A stretch of DNA of 64,000 bases from Ascidiella aspersa (taxonomy: Eukaryota). The notes beneath the pieces were generated by a model. It saw only the letters and a list, made by a program, of their open reading frames with translations, had not been told where the DNA came from and ran no database searches. Each line of letters opens with the position of its first letter. Within the stretch, counting starts at the first letter, position 1. Shown here in pieces: positions 13,172 through 25,961 of the stretch. The DNA is taken from positions 30,814,001 through 30,878,000 of the forward strand of contig OZ004607.1 of NCBI GenBank assembly GCA_963924565.1. The letters run 5' to 3'. Position numbers and translations under genes: made by a program.

Positions 13172-15815
13172 CTTTGAAATGGCAGGTGTCAAGAGATTAA
13201 TTATACAGGACCACTGAGTGACTGGCCAAATGTTTTTGCGTTGTACTATAGTTGTTCGCCCCTTTTACATAATTCCTGGCCGGTTCAAGCTCTTAAACAA
13301 CTTATCCGTCTGTGCTACACAAAACAATTGCTTAGAGCTTAATATAGTCTATATAGACCGATTAATGAGTTTCTGGTCAAAATGTTATTTTGTTGAGCTT
13401 TAATTTTTTGACACTTTTCTGTCTTTCAAACTGCAATCTTTCATGAACAACTGTTTTTTTGACAAGCATCCTAATAAATTAACCTCTTGTTTTCCATTAA
13501 ACTAGTGCCCCCCACACACCTACCAAAGATGGGTCACTCAATTTTGGCCAAAACTTCTAACCGATCTGAAATTGTAAAGAAGCTTTTCAGATGTGATGCT
13601 TCAAAATGATATACTCTTTTCACGGTTTGTTTTAATGTAATCACAAGGTGTTGAGCAGACGCAGTTGTTATCAAGGGCAATCGGTGTGTTGCGCAAGCGT
13701 TGGAAAACCCCGTAAAGTACAAGTTGTCGATTGTAAGGCCTTCGCCATCAAATCGTGTGCTGAAGTGTGTTTACAGCCCGAACGCCATAATCGCCCGGCT
13801 TGATATTCTGGCGAATAGAATCTTAATCCCAATCACCAGCGCGAGGCAAAATCATTCGAAGGTCGACGCCTTTTCTCGTGACGAGCAAGTTTATTGGGTC
13901 GACAGTGAGGGCACAATAAATGAAAGGGCGAGACTTTTGCTGATTGGAAACGATAAAGGGCGAAAGCAACACACAACGGCTGCGGCAAGCCAAAAAAAGC
14001 ACTTTTGTCTAATCTCTGTAAATGGCAAAGTAATCTCAGCGAAACGCTGGCATATCTGGCGAACAAAGATCTTGCAATGCAAAACTTCATAAATTGGTTT
14101 CAAAGGCTTTTGATTTGAGATACCACAACTCGGGGCTTAGTATTGATATAGAATGTGTTTTCATTAAGGCCAATGTATGTTGGACTTTTTGCTGCATAAC
14201 TATCGTACCGTTCGTACTCCCTTGTGCATGCGCAAGTTCTTAAGGCAGAATAAAACGATAACGCAAACAAGCATTAGGCTGCCTTGCATTAAGTAAGGAA
14301 CGATAAAAGCACTTGCACCGATTATTATGCGCCACTGCTATGAGTTTGTTTACCAGGCAATCGAAAGTTACGATTTTTCGTTGAAATGTAAATGGAACCT
14401 GGCGTTCATTCATAAAGACATACAGAAGGAAATGACCAAACAACAGTGAAAAAAACTCTTCCAAATTGTCCTTGTGCATCACAAGTGAACATAGCTTGAC
14501 TTTTTGGGTGTTACTAATGAAATTTCCAACTACACGCTGTAGTTTTGGAGACTGAGTCCTTTATTTGACACAGTTTTCGACGTTGGTTATATTGGTGGCC
14601 AACAACGCCTCGATATAAAGCTTTAGAAAACCGGAGAAATCGATGTGAGTCAATCACGAAACCGATTAACGACTTGAAAGTTGGCCAGTGCATTTTTGCG
14701 GTAGTTCGAGGCATAATGCCAGATTTAGATCCGAGGTCCTGCGCGCGCTTGCAACTTAAATCCAATCCCGCCGGATTTTATGTGTACGAGAAAGCAGGAA
14801 AGCGAGTCGTGTGATGTGGCCACAAACACCGTTTTGCAGCAGGTTTGCAAAACAGGTTGGAATTTATAGACGTTGTAGCAACGCGACCACCCAGCTAGAG
14901 AGATGGTCCACTGGCGTGCCTCGCGTGTCAATGTGGGGCCCCACACGTGCTATATCTTATCCATATTAAACACAGGCGTATTCGGTAATGTGTTGCTATT
15001 TAAGGCGATTACGTTTGAAGAAGTGTTACAAACGTTTGTCTCTGTGGATAGACTTTTTTAACGCAAGTTTTGGACAAAGTGCAGCACGCCCTTAAACAAC
15101 ACTATAAGCATGTACGTTGAAGCTGGAAAATAAAACAGTACACGATTATTCAATACTCCAATCGCAAGCATTTGTTTCAATACTTCAATCGCAAGCATTC
15201 ACACATAAGGAAAAAATCATAGCGGTTAACATAATCATAGCAGTTAACATTTTCGAGCGTAGCTCACTGGATTGAAAATGCGAACAGTTAAAGATAAGGA
15301 TTGCGCAAAGTCATGTACCAGGCACTCGGCTGGAATACGCTGCAAGCTATACGTGGCGAAATATTCAGACAACGCCGGGTTTTTATTGCTCGTCCATTTC
15401 TGCTTGAACCGGTTGACTTTACGCGGTGAAAAATTCTGCACGATTCTGGCTTGGTTAGTGTTTTGAGTGCACATATAGAGAGACGCCGGCTCCAATTGGC
15501 AGCATCATATCACAACAGGGTTGATATCGTAATTCCGTCTCTCGGCTGTGCGTCGCACGAACCTGCCTTATGACGTAACATGTTGCGTTGCGATTGCGCA
15601 ATATCCCCAAAGCGATCGGAACGGACCGTTAGTGTTCCTCGTCCTTTACGCGACGCGCAAAGTCTTCTTCTCCAATCTTGGCGGCCGAAGGCAGGAAAGC
15701 TCTTCCGCTAAAAGCTTCGTCGTCATGGCGTCGTCAGGCTCGCACGGTTGCCTGGCAACTGTGGTTGCGCGCGCAGGCAGTCTGGGGCGCTGCTGTAGCT
15801 TGGATATTTGCGGCT

Positions 15816-16124
15816 TCAAATGTACAGCGAGCAGGACGAGTTGAGCCGTACCCAGTCGTCGCAAACGTAATGCATCTGCTTGGAGTCAAACAGGCGACAG
15901 TTGCGATACTTGCCGGTGCCCTTGATCAGCTCATCGTGCGTCAGCGTGAATATGGCCTTGTGGTTGCTCTTGGTTATTCTGCACTTACCGGGAGGGTGCA
16001 TGTCGAAGACCGGCTGCTTGTACTTGCACTGGCCAACAAAGAAGAACTGGTTCATGCCGAACATCGACAGCAGGTTGACAGTTGCGCCCGAGCGGCGGTG
16101 CTGCGCCGTGGTGGGAGTGAGAAC
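15816..16124 (-). CDS. NTL1 exon 3: neurotrophin/Spaetzle-like cystine-knot domain, stop
   Basis: cttggcag|GTT; VLTPTTAQHRRSGATVNLL...NQFFFVGQC...PGKCRITKSNHKAI...DWVRLNSSCSLYI*; AATAAA on the minus strand near 15387. Confidence 0.85.
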   Translation of the reverse strand, partial: VLTPTTAQHRRSGATVNLLSMFGMNQFFFVGQCKYKQPVFDMHPPGKCRITKSNHKAIFTLTHDELIKGTGKYRNCRLFDSKQMHYVCDDWVRLNSSCSLYI

Positions 16125-16128
16125 CTGC

Positions 16129-16389
16129 CAAGATGAAACAGCATTCGATTGAGACAAATGTCTAAACTCGTGTCACTTGTAAAATAACCTTAGATCCGAG
16201 GTCATTATTAAAAAATTAAAGTATCTGACCAAACAATTTACTCCCATAGTAGGTTAAGCTATCAAGATGACACAGCATTCGATTGAGATAAATGTCTCAA
16301 CTTGAGTCACTTGAAAATAACCTTAGATCTGAGGTCAGGTTTAAAATGTAAAGTACCTCACCAAGCAAGTTACTACCATAGTAGGTTCA
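16129..16389. repeat. tandem duplication with 134-bp period
   Basis: caagatga(a/c)acagcattcgattgaga...ccatagtaggtt occurs at 16129 and 16263. Confidence 0.9.
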
Positions 16390-17210
16390 CCCGTATGCAC
16401 AGGCGCATTGTGGATAAAAACACTTTTTTAGAATCTAAAAGTGATTCGTTACACTTGATGGTGTTTTATTTTGTAAGATTTTGCTTAGGGTGCAAACGAA
16501 TTTTCCCCTTACGTTTCATTAAGCGGCGAAAGAATAGCAAACCCTTTTACGCGATTGTTGATTGAGGTGAGATAAAAATCAAAGTAGAATGACTTTTCCA
16601 GACGTCGGCAAACTGCGGCACTTTGAAAAGGTTTTTGTGGCTCTTCTATTTGAAGAGTAAAACCAAATATGATAGAAAGGTGTATGGTTAAACTATTTTC
16701 ATTTTATCTTGGACTGTTATTAATAATTTCGATTAAAAAACAGTGTTCTTCATTAAACACCCGCGTTAAACCTTGTAAAACATGGTTTAATTATTTGAAC
16801 TTTATTGAAACTTGTAAACATTGCAGTGTTACTGCTTCAAAGAACCAACATATATTAATAAATACTGTTCATCATTTGTTACCAGTGTTTCGAAAATTAT
16901 GTTGTTGCCTTCACAGGCCACTCTCACGTGATAAAACAAACTAACTGTTAATTCCGAAATACTTCTATCCATTTTATACGGGTCTTAAAACTTTTGGATT
17001 TTAAAGTGCGGCTCGTGTTGGATAATAGTTGACCCACCCCTGGTCTACACCATATGCTTGTACAGAAATATCGTGGGGATATAAAGAAAACAGACAAATT
17101 CCTAAAAATCATAGGTGATACTTTTATTAAATTTAAAGATAAACCAATTGCGCAATTCTTTGCCAACTCAGCACGCGTCGTTACCAGAAGTCCAGTACCA
17201 ACTGTTTAAA

Positions 17211-17530
17211 CAAGTAGTTCTCAACCGGGGTGCCGCGGCACACTATGGTGTCATTTTTAACACTCAAAGGCGCCGAGAGACATTTCAAATCCTTTAGAAT
17301 TGCAATTTTTGCTCTATTGGTAAACTTCTTGATACAATTTTTTTTGGTAACGATCATAGTGCCAATAATTAAAAGGGTTTGTCAACCTTGTTGTACAGTC
17401 AATATGCTGTTTCAATCTCGCTTAATGTAACGTTACAGTTAACCAATCAGCAAAAATACGAACAAGGGTGCTGCGAACTATTTATAACTTTTGTAGGGTG
17501 CCGCAAGCAAAAAAAGATTGCGAAATACTG
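17211..17530. mobile_element. degenerate Charlie-like MITE in NTL1 intron 2
   Basis: caagtagttctcaaccggggtgccgcgg ... gggtgccgcaagc...ttgcgaaatactg. Confidence 0.55.
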
Positions 17531-17560
17531 GTTGTAAACCCTTTTTTCTGTGTTTCATAC

Positions 17561-17737
17561 CGTGTACAACGTCGGGCACACGGCTTGCTGCCTGCGTATT
17601 CCCCTGTAGCTCTTGACGATCGGTACTCTGGACTCTGCCATCGGGTCCTCAGTGCTGTTTATGATTTCGTTGCGTTGAGCAAACCTTCCCCGGTTCTCCG
17701 TCAGAAAGTGGAAGAGCACTCCGCTTGGGTCACTTAG
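17561..17737 (-). CDS. NTL1 exon 2: pro-region, RGIRR cleavage site, first knot Cys
   Basis: gctttaag|CTA...ACG|gtatga; LSDPSGVLFHFL...KSYRGIRRQQAVCPTLYT; 177 nt, phase 0-0. Confidence 0.85.
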
Positions 17738-19013
17738 CTTAAAGCAAATTAAATCGTGTAAAACTTTGACTAAAAAGAAGCTGGCAAAAAACTTGTGCTA
17801 GACGCTAAATTAGCGTTGCAAGCGGTTTTAGATGCATATATCTTTAGTAAGTCAACATACCGATAGCCCTTTTAGTAAGTAAACTTCAGTTTAGTAAGTA
17901 TATCTTTAGTACGAAAACTGACAAAAGGGTCTTTTAAAGCGGTCGAAAGAATTGGCTTGGACCGCGAGTTAAAGTGCGTGGAACTTTTGTAAAATACGAA
18001 CAGGTGACGCTTTTTCGCGCCTTTGAGACATTGATAGTTTACGGAAGTTCTGTCTACATTCCAAACTGCTGTAAATGAAGATACTAGCTCGCAGGTGGAC
18101 GCGAAATATGTAGGCTGGCGTATCGAATTCGGATCAGATATGCATGTAAATATTGCTGGACTTGTTTTCACGGTGGTGCAGTGTCTCTATAAGCAGTTCA
18201 CTTGGGTGCATTGCCCAAAGAAGGCTTGGATTGTGATGCCTTGTTTTTCTGGTTTAATTTTTTTATCTAATCTGTTTACTTAAAATGATCAGTAGCCGTA
18301 TCGTTGTGAAAGTGCCTTTGGGCCAGGTTATGTTTGCTGTGAGTTTCACGCGTTGGTCAAGTTTTGGGCGTTTTCAGCTCTGTGCTGACCAAGTTTAACG
18401 GCTAATTAAACTGATGTTAAAATGTGCTAAACTCAAATATTGACTGGGGGTGAACGACCTGTTTCTCTCCAAATGTGTTAAGGCTATTAGCGCTTCTTTA
18501 CCGGTTAATACGTCGGTGTAACCTTGTTTATATGCTGTGTTATGCCTGCGGCGACTAGCAGCGAATAGCGTCGGTGCCTCAGCGGTAGGCCTACTTAGCG
18601 GAACTGGTATCCATGTCATCAATAAAGATTACACCTGTACTACTAGTAATGTGTATTGGGGTTAGCGACTACAGGCTAAAACTTTTTTTGGATCCACGTT
18701 ATTCACGAGTTTACTTCGTACTTTCCAAGCAATAACAGGTCGTTTTCGAAAACACAGCAACAGACTTATATGGAGACATAGTAATGATATTGGTCAAATA
18801 AATAAATGCAACTATAACTGCTCATTAAACACTGCTAAGATTGTCACCATGTGATAATAGCCATTGCTAAGTACCGTTATGTGTGCCAATCAAAAAATGA
18901 AGTAACAAAATGGTAAACAAACTAAACTTGCAAGCCCAAATAGTAAGGACAGGCTTTTAAACGACTGCAACTACAATTACTATAAAAGAGCGAAAGATGT
19001 CTGGTAGACCAAC

Positions 19014-19256
19014 CTGTTGCCAAGGCGCGGGCGTACACTTGTTGTTGAGAAAGAAGAACGCCAGGTCATCAGTCCTGTTTTTGCACGAGGGTATGCAGCT
19101 GTTGCACAGCAGGAAATTGAACAGGGTACTTGTGTCCGAGCAGCGACGTAGGCACCGCCGGCACTGGTCGTTGCTGCTGTGGTAGCCTTGTGAGCCCATG
19201 GCCGATGACGTCACGAATGACGTCAGGGCGCATGCGAGGCCCAGGATCGTTCGCAT
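19014..19256 (-). CDS. nested gene NTL1 exon 1: signal peptide and Cys-rich pro-region
   Basis: acaATG MRTILGLACALTSFVTSSAMG then CRRCLRRC-x11-CNSCIPSC; ends CAG|gttggt; 243 nt, GC3-rich. Confidence 0.82.
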
Positions 19257-19312
19257 TGTGACGACGCGTCGACTTCGCCGGAGTCCATCGGAGGCTGGCA
19301 GCAGTAATACTT

Positions 19313-19319
19313 CCATATA
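19313..19319 (-). promoter_or_regulatory. candidate TATA-like element of NTL1
   Basis: TATATGG about 63 nt upstream of the ATG at 19256; imperfect consensus. Confidence 0.35.
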
Positions 19320-21868
19320 GCGCTTTGGTCTGGTCGGCGGTTTGGCAGATACATAAAGAAGAACGCTTTGTCAGGTCATTTGTTCGGCTCCTTTACTTGA
19401 ATAGTGCCCTAGTTTTTCTGTACCTAAAGCCGATTTCGCCTGTAAAAGAAAACAACTCATTTTTTTAACATTTTTTTAACATTTTTAGCACGGGTGGCCA
19501 TGGCGTATGCTTCAGCAGTGGCACTTAACACTTATACTGTATTTTAATGGCACATTATACGTCAGAGCTGGAAAAGTTAAATACGTTTTCAGAAAAAGAT
19601 ACGCCAAATTTCAAGTGATTCATAGAGTAGAATATAACAAAAATTTAAGCAACTTATAACTAGTTTTTTAAACTGAGAAAAAGTTTTACTGAGATTACTT
19701 TTATAATCTAAAACATAAAATAACATAAATCATGGAAATAAAATAATTTAAAACAAAGCAATAATTTATTGACTTTTAAGCGTCTTCTTTAAACAATATA
19801 TCGCAATACTTGGTTTGTAAATATACAAATATGCCCAAATTGTCATACTTGAAAAACGTAGGTTAATGTTTGTGCGGCGAATCTGAATTGAATGTGAGAG
19901 TACCGAAACATATTTTTTTCAAAATATTTACTTTTGAGAAATGAAGTTGTCTGTCTTCAACATTGCGCAACTGCTACCTTACTTACGATATAACTGCTCG
20001 CATAGGACGAAATCGGGCAGAACAAGAGCAAAAACCAGTCGTGACTGTTTGTTTCCTAACTCTGTTATCCGAAATTCGCCCTACTCCGACGGAACAAGCC
20101 AAGCCACAGCAATACAATTACAGTCGTTCTTAATGCCGCCTATTGTTTTGCCAGTAACCACTCGACAGGAATTTAACCTTTGCAGTTTGTTGCTGTTTAT
20201 GGCGAGTGATCCTGCAAATACGCATATACTTCAATACGACACGCCTTGTCTCTGGAATGGAGAATCCGCCGCAGCTATGCTGTTTTGTTGATACATTTGA
20301 AATGTCTTTAACTGATTGTTTTCGTTTTTTCGTAAGGAGATTAGCATTAGAGCTACTCAACTGTCACAAGAAGTTTCGTGGATGTGCAAAACCACAAAAT
20401 GGCCACCAAGTCGCACTGAAACCTATTTAATTAAAACAAATCCGGGCCAAATCGGGATTTGCTTGCTTAAGCTTTCAACGGTATGATTAAGAGATGTTGA
20501 TCGACCTTAAAATGACATCAGCGCTTATAATATTGCTGTATCGGCCTGCTGCTCTGATCTATTTTTTCTCTTTTTCGTACAAGTGCACTGAGCTTAAAAG
20601 TTTTTTGAAACTTGGATCACAACGCCCTTTTTTGTTGAATTAAATCAGCTATTGACTAACGAGGATGCGGGCAGTTTAAACAAAAAATGTTCTATTTTCC
20701 TGTTTTTATTTCCCATTTAAACTGGTCCTGCCAAACTGTCTATTTAGTCTAGTTCCCAGGTCTGGAACCCTCCTATAACTCCGTGGCATGTTCCCGGCAT
20801 ATTTTCTTGCCATTATTACGCATAGGACAACGTAAGCGCCCGGCTACACTGCCACCGCAACGTAACTAAGAAGCGTGGGTGAAAGCAACTAGCAAGGCCA
20901 TCAGTGTTAAATCTCACTACCCGCCCAAGCAAAGACAAGCCTTGTGCAACTGCTAAACGGTTGCTGTGTACACTTTCTCACACAGCGACTGAATTCAACA
21001 TAAAACCTCCTATCAGAAAATGTAGACAAAATCCGGTCTCGCATGTATGCTGCGAAAGTCGACACCTACTAAGCGAAGTGCCGCAAAATGAGGAAATGTG
21101 CCCAGTATCGCTTCAACATTATACGTTCGATTAAATTATTGGCATAATGGTCGGCTCTCCTGACAGACCTGTGATACCGCGACGGGAAAAGTTGCAATTA
21201 GGCGACGAAAATTTCCAGCACGTCTAACCATGCGTGTCGTTTAGTGGTTAAAATCTGGCGGCGAAGTAAAGACAGGTTTAAATTAAATTCGCCACATTGG
21301 AAAAGTGTACAGATCACCTTATCAGGGCTGACATAGAATTCAGATTAATCATATATAGCATAAGGAGTTGAGGCGAATTTTGTGTCAACTAAATCCGGTG
21401 AAGACGAAAACTGTCGGTTGAGGTTTTACGGCGAAAGTTGGACTTTACCGGATTAAACTGCACGTGTGCATTCTTTGAAATCCAAATTTCTTCAGGGGAA
21501 ATTTTTCAGAGCTTTGCGGGCGTTTTCAATTCGCGCCCTTGTGTTTTGGAAACGGGCAATTGATTTTACTGTTTATCTGCTTGCGTCGACGACAACTGCA
21601 GAGATAGACCGCAGGCCGTATTGCCCCACAAACTTGACATTCGACAGCCTTGATAAAGACGCGTGGGCAAACTGGCAAACAGCAAACTCGGCGCGGACTT
21701 AATTGATTTTACCTGGTGCGGTTCCAAGATCTGTACCCTGCTGGTGTCGATCCTGTAAACACTGCTGCGCTGAGAAGGCGAAGGCCCACTTGCCTACAAC
21801 ACTGGCAAACATACTACAACTATGTACGGGATAGGATTGAGGGATTGTGCAAACCTGGTTCACATGCG

Positions 21869-22100
21869 TTAATCCAGGAGGAAATTCCCTGCATTACACA
21901 CAATTTGTTGCCGGAATAAACTCGCTTGCAAGTACGCACTTCGCCTGGGTTTGAGACAAGGCACAATGTGGTCTTGATGTACCCTGTGAGTTGGTACACC
22001 ATTTCCTTGGTATGTTAATAAGCAGAGCACTCGGGACAGGTCAACAATTAGTCTGAAAGTTTTCACCTAACGTCAAACTTTTTTCCAGTTGTAAGCCTGC
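21869..22100 (-). mobile_element. possible decayed gypsy-type pol C-terminal fragment
   Basis: VKTFR...LTY...HRVHQDHIVPC resembles the post-integrase SH3-like motif. Confidence 0.3.
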
Positions 22101-25100
22101 GCGAATATGAACGTGGTGGACAGAATAGCAATTCTTTCTATCTGATATCGTTGCGGTGACTGCACCCCACCGAAAAGTAATTTAGGATCCATCTATTTGG
22201 CAACTATTTTAAGCTTTAATTAAACCTTCGGCGCTGACTATTATGAATGTTTTGTTTAACCAAAGTGGAAGTATAAGCTTCCATTTGATGCCAAGCGGAG
22301 GATAATAAACTGGAGTGTACTGGTTTTCCAGGTTACTCAAGTTCCTTTTAAACTTAAAACCGCTATTTTTCCATCTATTATATAAATATCACCCCAAAAC
22401 AAATCTACATAAAAAAGAAACGGCGTTCCTTAATAAAACTTCTTGAGTTTTTAGTCTGTGGCTTGATACCAGTTTGTTTTGGACAGCAATATTCCGAGAA
22501 CCAAAAACGCGCGTATGACACCCAGCGAATTTTTATTTGCCCGTCTCATCTCAGTTTGCCTTGATAGGATTTTCACTCTCCAAACTATTCTTCTAATGCG
22601 GTTGTCCCGTGACAGCGTGTAAGCAAAACCAAAAAATGCGACTATGTGTTCCGATTTCGTGTGACCATTGTGGTCGATATAAACAAATTATTAGCGCTTT
22701 AAAATCTGTAGCGTTTAACCACCTATAGTTAAACGTATGTGACATCGTAAACGGGCGATCATAACTGTTTTACCCCCAGATATTTAAAAAATCATTATCT
22801 TAACCAGGTTTTTTTTTAAGGTTTGGTTTGGGTGACCGCTAAGTAGTTTTAAGAGACCGCACGTGTTTCATTTAAATACCAAAAAGTTGCAAGTCCAAAA
22901 TTTGGGAAACCGCTGGAGAAATTTGGGGGACCGTTTCGGTCTAGTTCGATCCTTTACAAGTTCGATCCTAGTTACCTGCATATATTCACACGCTTTTGTA
23001 TTAAAACTACAATATGACAAACTACATCAAGGCAAACACTATAAGCAGTTGGGCAAACATGCCCGGTAAAAAGCCTGTCAATATGCTTTTAATCTGGAAA
23101 GTCGACCTTTCACCAATTATAGTTCCTTAATCATCAAAATACTATGTAACGGAGATTATTATTCTTGGGTGAACATTCTCGAGCCTATCCAAGAGTGTTA
23201 CTGCCAGGAAGATAAAAATGATTCAGTTATTTTTTTACCTATATTTACAATTTTATAATTGTCTTTTTACGACTCAAAAATTTCCCTTTCTGATACGGGC
23301 GAAATAAACTTGTAATTCCTGTTTTATTTTTAAACGAAAATTTAAAACATTTGTTTTGTAACATTAAAAAAAAATCTTTTTTTTATGCTTTTTTAATTTT
23401 GACTTGTTGGGCATTAAAACGTTTCGAAAGATTACACTTTAAAAAAATAGCATATGATAGAAATATTGAGCCGACTTGTGTTGTTTTGATCAGCTTAATC
23501 AGCTACATGCAAACTTTAAGAACCTGTCCTGCGAGTTTTAGGCTAGACTCATTTTCGCTGATATATTTTATCTTTTCTAGCTACATGCTCTAAACCACTG
23601 GCCTTTCTGCATTCCGTGCTACAGTTACGTGGACGTACAAATTTGAAGGAGGCAGCAATGACAGTACATAAAAATATGGCATATTTGTAATTTTATTTAT
23701 CAGCTAGTACATCTATTCTACTCCATACACTGTAAATAAAAACCGTGAGACTTTCCACCAATGAAGGTGGGCCCCTTAAAACATCCTATAGGATGGACTA
23801 GCAACACCTTTTTAAATCACAGTGGATCTTTCCACCCTAATGTTTACCACAAAATGTGGTGGAAACTTCAACCATTATTGTAAACCCATTTCGTAGTAAT
23901 TATCGGAAAAACAATTCCAACTCCGTTTTCCTCTCGAGCTATGCGCACTGGTCTGTTTTAGATTAAACGAATTAGAACAAGTTTTAAACCAACAAGGTTA
24001 ATTTTCCTCTACTTTACATTACGGATGTAATAACGTATTGCTGGTCAACTTTGGCACTTGGAAACTACAATGTCTGCCCTTTCTGATATCTTTTCTGATA
24101 TTGCTTACTCTTTGACAATCTAAGCGAAATATTGCTGTTATTTATTAAGCTCCACTGGGCGTTAAAATCTGAACTTCTTGGCGTTTGCGAGAACCACAAA
24201 TACACACTTCGTTGTTACCGCGATAAAATAGTATCACCCTATATAGGTACCACGACCTTAGCTTAATTTGACCAGGAGCGAACGTCGTCGCGCTTCATCT
24301 AAACGTACTTGACTGCCTGTCGGTTGTTGTTTGTCTGAAAGGGCAAGATATTGCCAGCAGCAATCTGCCTGCTAATATCCTGCCCAAGCCGCCGATACAA
24401 GCCAAAAGTCCGACGCAGATTTTTTGGCGGTCGAAAGATAGTGCGATTGCGGCGGCGCAAGTCCAACATTACCTTCTGACCCTGTTCCTGCTTCGCGGCC
24501 AAATCCTCACTCGGTGCCATCTCTAACTACAAACAGCGGTCCTGGCTGCCCTGGGTTCGAATTCTTTTGGAGTCAACTGCGTATAGACGAACAACAGCGT
24601 TTTGACTCGTGGGGTGGTTTACGCAACATTTTACAGTTCGCATTCGGTTTAGGTTTTGTGCGACGTTATAAAGAAAAAATCAGATGAAATTGTAGCGACG
24701 GGGATAGTGCTTGTATTAATACGGCCAATCAAAGTAAAGCTGTACTCATGAGCGTGACAAATTTGATTAGATACATTAACGATCTAGTTGCATTACTGAC
24801 ACTCTACCAAAATCACCAAAATCCGAACGTTCGTCTTCAAACAAGGCCGTTATGACGCTGGACGCAAAATGAATTTGCGCCGTTTGCGCACCTTGTGGAA
24901 AACCCCCAAACGTCAAGGGTAACTCAGGGCGTGATGACGTCAATAAACCGTCAATTTTGGATTCGACGGCTGCTGCTCCCGGAGAAAAGTGTTTCGCTAG
25001 TTTGCTGATGCGTATTATGTATACCTATACAACTTATATAAGGCCCCGCTCGTGTATAGGTTTATTTATAGAAAAAACACGCAGCCGATCGCACGTTAAA

Positions 25101-25898
25101 GATCGCTATCTACAAGACGTACTCTTTTCTGACATTTTTACAGGAAATAAGTGTTTCTATACCTCGTATAGGCGCAAACATCGCCCCGGTTGCAAAAACG
25201 ACGCCCGATATTTCGACGTCATTTGTGACGTCATCCTATCAACGCTCAGTCGACTAAGCTCATATTTCGGCGGATGATCCGCGCTTGTTAAAAGGCGAGC
25301 GGCTCCCGTCGTCCACAGTCCATGCTTTTCGGGTCCTATAAAGACTATAACAATGTCTACACTTTAGGTGGCTTTAACGCCGGTAGCAGCCAGATTGGCT
25401 ATATACTTGTCTGTGGAATCTTTGCCTTGTCATGTAGAAAAACAATAAGGCTTACACAAAAACGCAAGACTGCCGAACCTGTTTAGGCAACAACATTGTA
25501 ATGAGTGTTTTGATTAGTTCGGACTCTTTTTAGGCCGCTTTTGATTTCCTGAGCGTTTCGTTCTCGGCGTAAAAACAGGCTCATCTTTCGCTTTGGCCTC
25601 TTGTAATATGTTTACACTGCGACGCTCGTTAAATCTGCCTAAGAGACGAAAAGCAATGCAACGCTGGGAAGCTCCCGCCAAAGATTACGATCTGGTCTGC
25701 GCTTTTTGTACGGCGAAGAGGGGGCTTTCCGTTGAAATCAATCCCCTCGGGTGCTTCTTATGATTAGTATTTCGCGTGTGACAAGATATATGGTATAGTA
25801 GGGTGTCGTACTAGGCCTTAAAAAAGCCGTCTGTTCGTGGTATTTCGCTATAATTGTTACTCGATTGAAGATTAAATTTTGTCCGAACCTAATGATGG

Positions 25899-25961
25899 AT
25901 ATAACGGAGTGTTGCTCTTCCAGCAGAATATATATATATGAAGAGCAACACTCTGTTATAT
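25899..25961. repeat. 22-bp inverted repeat (hairpin) with (AT)n loop
   Basis: atataacggagtgttgctcttc / gaagagcaacactctgttatat, one G-T pair. Confidence 0.85.

Noticed and set aside
14514-14815. Possible third NTL paralogue: minus strand KDSVSKTTACSWKFH* resembles NTL2 KESVVLPGACTLKI, and plus strand VGQC...C...KSN resembles NTL1
   Set aside because: The two resemblances are on opposite strands, neither has the full Cys set, suitable splice sites or codon bias. Most likely chance.
23030-23100. Minus-strand VCPTAYSV resembling NTL1 VCPTLYTV
   Set aside because: An in-frame stop lies about 10 codons upstream, and the AT-rich context looks like a decayed LINE (HID.L motif).
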